A program made the translations under genes and the position numbers. The notes beneath the pieces were generated by a model. The model did no database searches. It was not told the DNA's origin and worked only from the letters and a program-made list of their open reading frames with translations. A stretch of DNA of 64,000 nucleotides from contig CM102290.1 in NCBI GenBank assembly GCA_046563655.1, positions 3,472,001 through 3,536,000 on the forward strand, read 5' to 3'. This document shows positions 25,464 through 34,267 of the stretch, in pieces. Each line of letters begins with the position of its first letter. Position 1 is the stretch's first letter. This DNA is from Yuukianura sp. NJ FZ-2021 (lineage: Eukaryota).

Positions 25464-25919
25464 CTAATCTCTTTGCGAAAAACTTTCAATCAATATGAAG
25501 AATTTTTACAAATTTTAAAAACTCCAAAATCGAACATCAAGTTTTTCGTCAAATTTTGAAAAAAAAAAACAAACAAACAAACAAACAGGTTACAATTTTT
25601 CGGAAAAAAAAAAAACATTGGAGCACGGAGCACTCTATCGCATCGGCTGAAATAACTTCCAAAGTGTTTGAGTTTTTAGAAAATTCAAAAAAATTTACGG
25701 ATTACGAAGGATCAAGTTCCGATGGCATAGGTGAAATTTTGCGTCGAAAACGCCCAAAAAATTGTACTTGATGCCTTTGTTATATCCAGACGTTCAAAGT
25801 GTTGGAATGTTTGAGTTGATCAACAGAAGCGTAGACAAAGTTTACTTAGTTTCTTTTTTGCTTTTGCAAACAGCGTAGTATCAAACCTTATGACGCTTAA
25901 ATACGATACGACTAAAATT

Positions 25920-27315
25920 CTATTCACAAAGGCGTAGCAATATGGAGAAAAGTGCAAACTCTACTTCCGTCAGAATGGCACCGAAGTAGTCTCTGACTCG
26001 CAACATGTCTTTCGTAGATCCCTGCTCCACGGCCATCACCAGAGATTTCAAGCATAATAACTCCTCCTGTCTTGTAACATTCTGACAAGTCTTGACATCA
26101 TACTCAGGCAGTGAAGATTCGGGCCAAAGAAACTTTGCCAGGTCGGCAGATTCGGTTCCAAGGATTAGCAAAAGACAAACTCCGTCGAGCTCGTATCTGA
26201 AAACAGATTATGTAAGTTACACTAACGAGCATGACCAAAGAACATTGACCTGGCCTTATTGCTAAACTCACCTGCGAGTGTACTTCGAAAACAACCCGGA
26301 CGTGAGATATTCCCGTGCATCTGCCATCCTCAATTTGCTCAGAGTCTCATTCACTAACTTTGAAGCACTTTCTAAATCTCCCAATTTGACTTTACATTTG
26401 AGAATAGCATCGATGATGATCAGTTGATCGGCAAGCGAGTAAAAAGTCTGAGCAGACTCCAATGCCTTCTTGAAGTACTTGAGGGATTCTCCATATTCTT
26501 TCTCTTGGAATAGAGTTTGCGCCATCTAACGAGTAGTAAATATTTAGAGTATCAGTATGACAATTTAGAAGAAACGATAGATCCTTTACTCTACTTACCA
26601 TGATTGTAGTCAGAAGAGATAATCCTTCATTCTGTTGGTGTTTGTAGACTCGTGCAGCCTTATCGAGATACTGCATTGCCAGCTAGAAATTCAAAAAGTT
26701 TAGGAGTAGTAATACTACTGAGAGGGAAGCCTTAAGTTATAACTGACATTCGCCTAAAGTTACAATTCTAAATAAAGTAGGTTAAAGTATTTCGTGAGTC
26801 TTGCCTGTAATTTCCCCCGAGTCGCGACGTGAAGAACGTTTTCATCGGGTTCATACGGGCATTGAGATTGTTTCGATTCCAAGAAATAATTGGCGGCCTT
26901 GACTAGAGAATTTGCATTCTCGATATGATTTTGCATTGATTCGTAACATTTTGCAGCCTCGACGACACAGACGGCTGCAAATTCATCCTGTCCATCTCGT
27001 TTCAGTTCCTGACAAAGTACGTCTGTAAATGTAAATAAGTAATTACCAAAGTTAAGGACGTATTCAGTTAAGCGGTTTGGACCCAACATTTTCTACCTAC
27101 TGTATTGTTCTACAGCATCCGCAACATTAGGTTTTCGGAAAAAACGCCTGAAAATTAAAATAGCGAAAACCATTTTAAACTTAATCAAAGAATCTATACC
27201 ACGTTACCTTAATTTGTTGGTTATTGCATACGTCTTACTTCTTCAAACTTTGACCGATTGCTTTCAGGTGAGGCAAGAAGTCTGAATGCGTAGGTGACAT
27301 TCCCGGTGGCTCCAT
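25920..27315 (-). CDS. F8A1: 40-kDa huntingtin-associated protein (HAP40 / factor VIII intron 22 protein) homolog, ~318 aa, 6 exons
   Basis: Exons 27315-27239, 27147-27101, 27022-26805 (GC donor), 26682-26599, 26525-26272 and 26196-25920. N-terminal DFL..LKKRFFRKPNVADAVEQY and C-terminal ELLCLKSLVMA match remembered HAP40 motifs (LKKRFLRKPNVAEAGEQF; LLLQSLVMA). Confidence 0.85.
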
Positions 27316-27833
27316 AGCAAATATCACGGTAAGCTGCTTCGATTACTCCAATCCAAGTCCTAGTTAACGATTATACCAGATTACACATAGACCCTCATAG
27401 TTTTAGAAAAACAAATCAGCACTCAGCAATTACAACAAACGGGTATTTACTTAGGCTTCTCTTGGATTTAAAACTCCTGCCTCTCGGCTCTCATACACAC
27501 TTGCTAGACAATAGTCACTTACTAAAAGCTGAGTTGGCAGGCAACCTATAAAATCAAGTTACTTTCGATTATGTATATTAATTAGGTTAAGGACGTGTGT
27601 TATGCGCCTAATAAACAGTAATCGTTAAATTTAGTAACCACGATAACCGAGCTTGTTTAGTCAGTAAAAGATGCAGACATCGACAAAAAGAAACGCCCTC
27701 ATGGGTGGTGAAAAAGGATCAGTGCAAGTATGATCAAAAAAAGTATATGTACTTTCAAACAAACAAAATACTGACTCAAAGTTCGGTTGCCGTCGTCTGG
27801 GTTTTGTCAACAACTTTTTTGAGAATGCGACAT

Positions 27834-28124
27834 TGAAATTGAAAAATGGTCTGGATCAGCGTAGGAAGGTCGTACAATGACCCACAATATATCAAACTTT
27901 AGGAAAAGACTTGATCTAGTATCATGACCGAGGAAATTACAAAATTTTAGTTCTATCTATGTAAAAATAGAGGTGGAATGTTTGGGTCAATTTTTTTCAC
28001 AGTTAGAAGTAAAATTTTGTAATTTCCTCGGTCATGATACTAGATCAAGTCTTTTCCTAAAGTTTGATATATTGTGGGTCATTGTACGACCTTCCTACGC
28101 TGATCCACACCATTTTTCATTTCA
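27834..28124. repeat. Long near-perfect inverted repeat (foldback/MITE-like)
   Basis: ~120-bp arms at ~27834-27955 and ~28004-28124 are reverse complements (e.g. GGATCAGCGTAGGAAGGTCGTACAATGACCCACAATATATCAAAC vs GTTTGATATATTGTGGGTCATTGTACGACCTTCCTACGCTGATCC), with a ~48-nt spacer. Confidence 0.9.
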
Positions 28125-29086
28125 TGAGTTACAGTCGCATTTTGACCCCCAGTTTCCAGGGTATTCGCGAGCCTTAATTACATTTAATTGACAAACCAAA
28201 TCCACGAGAGACAAGAATTTAGACTTCCAAACTGTTGTAAACATTGAAATTGTGTTCATACAGTTGCTGCCCCCCTACCGAGTTTGGTTTCCTTAGATAC
28301 TAAATACGGTACACGGAAAAGAAAGTTACAGCAGGGATGATACGAATTAATTAGCCCTCCGACATTCTACTTACGAGGAGAGGCTTTCAACTGTTTCTCA
28401 AAATGGCACTAGTCGCCAGAAGTTCTTATTAAAGTTGTAATTAAAGAAACTATTTTACAGTAGTTTTGTTTCCCAACGCGAAAAAGTTTTTTGCCCTGAG
28501 TGGGATCAAAGAAATATGCAAGTTGTTATAAAGACGTCAAAAATTATTCAAAATTCAATAATCAAAGCTAACTAAACCTCATTCATAACCATCCACTAAA
28601 ATGGTAAGGAAAAATTATTTTATCGTTTGTACTCAATTTAAAATGGGAAACAAAATTTACTAATAAAATAATAAAACAAAGTTAAGTACGTATCCCGAAT
28701 ACTGGAATGATAATTACTAGGTATTATACTAGATATACCCTTCTGGAGGACCGAGTTTAGTTTTCGTGAGATGTGCTAAACTCGACAGGTTGGGCAGCAA
28801 CTGTTATAAAAGTAACTTTCAAAGGGCAGAATATATTTTCGCGCGGAATTCAACTTTGGAGGCAAAAGAAGCTAAAAACAACAACTTCGACTTCACAACT
28901 GTTTCCGATTTCACAGCCATGTTATCGATAACGGTAAATCAAGTTATTAAATATTGTAATATATAATGCATAGAAAGTAATTATTCATTATGGTCCAACT
29001 GTATTTCTTTTAGGATTTTGTGGACATTTAATCGATCAAGGTGTGACGAGCTTTGAGGAATCTCTCGTATTTCTCAATGAGAATTA

Positions 29087-31936
29087 ATGGGGGAATATGG
29101 TCACTGTATTGAGGTAAGCCACCTGTTGCTATTTCTCACGTTCAATATTCTAAAGTTTAGAATCTAAATTTAAGCGATGTGCAAATTGATTTATGATTTT
29201 GCGTTTTAGGATTATGATTTGCATCTCGATGAGGTACTTGGCAAAGGTGGGTTCGCCAAGGTCTACAGGGCAAGATGCCGTCGCTCGGGATTGGAAGTGG
29301 CAATTAAGATGGTAAGTCCACGCTCCTCCACGTTCCTACTATCACGGTAAAGTTATTGAATAATTGGTATGATATAATTCTTTTGATGTATAGATTGATA
29401 AGAACAAGATGCTCGGGGCTGGTATGCGGGAGCGTGTCAAGCAAGAAACCCGAATTCATTCCATACTGCAACACCCATCGATACTAAAATTGTACAGTTA
29501 CTTTGAGGATTCATATTATGTGTACATGGTATTAGAACTGTGTCATAATGGCAATCTTCAGAATTATCTTGAAATGAAAGGAAAATTAACGGAAGTGGAA
29601 GGTATTGAACGATTTTTTCATACCGCTTGGGCTAGAAATTTTGAAGTAGACTTCTTGGATCCGTTTTAGGCTGCATGCTGCTTCGCACCGTAGTGGAAGG
29701 ACTTTTATATCTACACAGGAAACAAATTGTTCATCGTGATTTGTCGCTGGCTAACCTTCTTCTGACTAAAGACAACGATGTCGTGAGTATTTCGTATTAG
29801 TTTGGGTTGCTTCAATTAAATCTACACTTCAATTCATTTGAAATCAAATTATGTTGTGTTTTTTTGGAACAGAAAATCTCGGATTTCGGGTTGGCAACTT
29901 ACACGCAGCCCGATAAGAAGCACATGACGATGTGTGGGACCCCAAATTATATTTCCCCGGAAGTGGCAACTTCATCCGAACATGGACCAGAGACAGACGT
30001 ATGGAGTCTAGGAATCATGCTGTTTACAGTACTGGTTGGATATCCTCCATTTGACCATAAGGACGGTGTTCGGTCCACGCTAACACGCGTTGTTATGTCG
30101 GATCTCAAGATTCCAGACGAACTTTCGTCCGAAGCTAAGGACCTCATTTCTCATCTCTTACAAAAGAATCCGCGAGAAAGGATACGCCTCGATAATGTCC
30201 TATTTCATAAGTTTTTTTTGAAATACCAAAATCGTGACATCAGTACCACAACCACATCTGCCTCTACCAGCTCGCGATTGGAACCGAATAGAAGATGGTT
30301 ATCTTATGATAGTGGTTTTGCCTCTTCATTTCAAACGTCAACTCTTTCTGTGCCAACTTCACATCACGATTTCACCGGAAGTCTTCTATCCGGAAGGCTT
30401 CCTATCATTAATGGGGCTCTTCGAAACCACCATTCACTATCTTCACAAATGCAATATGAACAACCGTCTGGTAAGTCTTCCTCCAATTCCCAATCTATTC
30501 ATCCATGCTGCAATGGACATCTTCCTAGTAATAACCGACGAGACGACTGCAGCCATTGTAATCCATCTTCTGAACATCGACACATTTGTTCTTCATCAAG
30601 CTACCATCGATGTCATCAACTGCCAGCATCCGTTCCATCTGAACCTCCATCTCCTGCCAAAATTCCAATACCGCCTCTTTGCTCCCAACGACTACAACCT
30701 ATTCGACAGAAAACTAAGAACGTCATTGTCAATATTTTGGAAAATGGGGAAGTTTGCTTAGAATTTACAAAGTTGAAACACGGACAGGAGCTGGTTCATG
30801 AAGTGTTGAGGATATCCCCAGACGGATTAAGGGTAAGATCACTTTTACTCCAGGCTCCAACTGAATTAAATTGTTCACTATCTTTTTAAGATTGTGTTGT
30901 ACCAACCGAATCGTGGAAAAGGAGTTCTGGCTAACTCAAGTAATCCTCCGCCACTTCCTGCTGGAGGAGCCGATTTGATTTTCAGTTACGAAAACATCCC
31001 AGAGAAGTACTGGAAAAAGTACTCATATGCTGCCAAGTTTGTCGACCTTGTCAAAACGAAGACGCCAAAGGTCACATTTTACAGCAAGAGTGCCAAGTGC
31101 TTCCTGATGGAGAATGTGCCAGACCCGGATTTCGAAGCATGTTTTTATGAAGGTACGACAGGAAAAGGATTTACATGAACCTGTTAAACGTTTAAACGAT
31201 CTGGAAACGTTTTCTCTAGGAGGGAAGATCACCAAATCGAGCAGTTCCGTGAAATTAACTGAGTCAAATGGTGAATCAGTTACGTTTGATGCCACGACCA
31301 ATCCTCATCTCTCTCCAAGTGCTCAGCTAATGTGGGAACATTTTAGCAAATGTCTCAAGCATTGTAAACAAATTGAAAGTACATTGTGCTCTCTCAGTGA
31401 AGAGTCAGATGACGTCTGTTTTCCAGTTATCATTGGACGACGTCCTCCTGAATACCCACGGGCACTCCAACTATCATCCACTGGAAACAAGGAAAATTTG
31501 TCTCCGACTGCACCCAGTGCTGTCAACGTTCGTACAGTAAGACGCTATTAGTTTACTCCAAACTAGATTCATAAATTGTTAAAATTCACTGAATGTTTGG
31601 TTTCATTGATAGATTGGCGGTTATGAGGGTTCAGTGATTAGTGCAAGTTCAAAACCTGGTTCGGGATCACTTCGACGAAAGAAAGTTATACGAGAGTATG
31701 ACGTTACCAACGGTGGCAGAGTAACTCAATACTCAAATGGCGATATCAATCTTCGCTACGCCGATGGCAGCAGTTTGATACTCAACTCTACCTCACCAAC
31801 TGTTCACTACATTACACAACAAGGCCAAGTATGTCAGTACAAAGAAACAGACTCTATTCCTTCCGAAATCAGAACCAAACTGTCCCATATGTCCGAAATT
31901 GTTAAGGCTCTAATGCCATCCACAGCCATCAAATAA
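29087..31936 (+). CDS. PLK4: Polo-like kinase 4 (SAK), ~770 aa, 8 coding exons
   Basis: Exons 29087-29113, 29210-29311 ([15 protein letters not shown]), 29394-29601, 29670-29782 ([11 protein letters not shown]), 29873-30832 ([21 protein letters not shown] degron, [11 protein letters not shown]), 30891-31152 ([22 protein letters not shown], cryptic polo box), 31220-31536 (FPVIIGRRP) and 31613-31936 (PB3-like). All phases are consistent. Confidence 0.95.
30308..30325 (+). other. PLK4 beta-TrCP/Slimb phosphodegron (DSGFAS)
   Basis: GAT AGT GGT TTT GCC TCT lies downstream of the kinase domain and matches the established DSGxx[ST] PLK4 degron. Confidence 0.8.
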
Positions 31937-32386
31937 CTGTAACTCAACATCAATATATTTATTTTTCCACCTTTTTTTTAACAAAATGATCTGCTCCTGC
32001 GTAGTGTGCGTTTTTAAGGCTTTGATACCTTAAGCTGTCTTAGGTTGTTCAGTTTGTTTAAACATTTAAAAACTACAATTATTCTCGAAGTAATAACCCT
32101 ACATAGTTGACCTATAATCTTTCACGAATAGAAACTTATTCTAACTTTTATAAAAAATTCATAAAAAGAGTATATCATTTGATCCAACTCGGATTGGATT
32201 CTCTAAGACGGAACTTTTTACGGATGGAATGAATAGGATGGACTGTACAGTGTAAATGTTGGGATATAAAAAGTAAGAATACGAACGTAAAGAGGCGTTA
32301 AAGTGAATCACTCGACAAGAGTAGTCGTAATTACTTAGTTTTCCGTTTGTAAATACTTAACAATATCTCTTCAAAATCCTTGAAGT

Positions 32387-33472
32387 TTAAAATCTACCTT
32401 TTCCTGCTAAAGCTGTCATTTCTGACTCACCGGCAGTGAAGTACTGAAGTTCTTGAAAGTCTTGAAGCTTTTCATGATCTTTGATATGCGCATAGTTTGC
32501 TGACAGGCACATGAGGTAATGTATCTGGATTCAAGGAAAAAGACTCTTAGGATGCAGTTTTCATACTGAACTTAACTTGAGCAATTGATTAGTAGCTTAC
32601 CAGGCTGAGAATAACCAGACCACATGATATGGTAGCCAGAATAAACATGACCTCCGCCCTTTCCACGTAATCTTTGCAAAAATCTTTCATTTCGTTTCCA
32701 CATATCTTCATGTCATCTTGCTGAACGGTCGAAGGGAACAGAAAGTCTAGAAATGCAGTAAAGAATTCGAGTTAGGTAATTGTAGGATGTCGAATTGATT
32801 CCAAAAATATACGTGTTAAGCTTTGGATCTTACGGAATTGAGTAAAATCGATGCAGTTGCCAAAGTCATACGGGGTCTTGATATGAGTACACATTGTCCA
32901 AAACACGGAGTATGTAGCTGTCACCACCATCAGAAATGAAAATATTCCCAACCACACAATTTGTAGCAAGTAGGTAATCACCATAAACTGGAATTCAGAA
33001 ACGTAAACTGCCATGAAACATTTATACCTCACGTCAGAAATTAAGTTCATTACAGGTTCATCGCTTACCACGGCACATGAGATCCTTCCACCGACACGAG
33101 CTTTCCAGGCCTTGTATACTGATCTCCTTGTTTCTCCAGTAGTTAAAAATCCAACAAAGAGGATCATCAGCCCCAAAGCACCCATGGATGCTCCCAAAGT
33201 TACAAATGCTAGTTGAACAGAGTCAATCCATTCCACATGGAAATGAAATACTTCTTCAAACATCAGACGAGTTATGGTTACACCTCGATACATCGTTCCA
33301 CAGAAGACTCCTATTCCTACTAGACATAGAATCGTAGCTATCAGCGTCGCATACGGCATTCGAGTCATGCAATTTTGACATGCGTGACCTAAACAAAAAA
33401 AGAACTTATTAGTGTCACTCTTCACTGTAAGACTTCTTTTAATACTTAAAGTATTAATGACGAATTACCCAT
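32387..33472 (-). CDS. M6: Myelin proteolipid / neuronal membrane glycoprotein M6 family protein, ~253 aa, 5 coding exons
   Basis: Exons 33472-33469 (ATGG), 33388-33069 (CMTRMPYATLIATILC..GVFCG; TTGETR; GGRISCAV), 32987-32834 (CIDFTQF), 32746-32601 and 32524-32387 (HYLMCLSANYAHIK). Four hydrophobic segments. Confidence 0.92.
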
Positions 33473-34267
33473 TTTTATGAGATCCAATAATGAGCATACA
33501 CAAGATCAATCAAAAGAGGATACTCCCAGGCCAGAATTACTTAGGTTTGCTAGCCCTGAACGTCAACTTATCGTCAACTTCGACACCACATTTGATTGAA
33601 GTGTTGAATTTTCACCACAGCTGAGTAGATTACCGTTCGTGGTGTTGTTTGGGTTGGTGGATCTGCGGAAGTGACATCAACAGGTTGTAACGGTAATCGA
33701 GAAGGACAATAATCAAGGAATGAGACCGTGGATGTCGTGACGGTTCAGTAATTGACTTTGACGGAACTTAAAGCGAAGCTGAGGAGAGGATGAAATGATG
33801 AATTTTACTAACAAGTACTAAATGAGATCACCAAAACAGCGAGATAACACGAATGCTGAATCTCACAACAGACAAAACCCGTCCTTCCTCCTGCCTTTCT
33901 CACCCCACCCACAAAACAATGACTAATCAATTGTCTATTGTCGTTTCATCAATTAACCATGCTATTCTTCTATCAGATTGCCAATATGACGACGAAGCAA
34001 CCTACTGACTCATTGACTCAGTGGCCTTAAGTGGCCTTACTTCGGATTTGGATCGCGACGCGTGCGCGATGGCGATCGAGCGGTAGATGAGAGCCAAAGA
34101 ATGTGAGCGGAAGTATGTCGTCAACTGATCAAGATTGACCAATGTCAACGTTTTACGTAACCTTGTGTATTTTGGCGTACCAGGTACAAAGGAATCACAA
34201 AATGAACTAATGTAAAGAGTCATAAAATTAATCAACAATTATTAATTCAATTCATGGAGGTAGTATT

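Noticed and set aside
30234..30761. 175-aa alternative-frame ORF inside PLK4 exon 5
   Set aside because: Non-ATG start and no splice route found into this frame. It lies in a Ser/His-rich linker and is treated as a by-product of codon composition.
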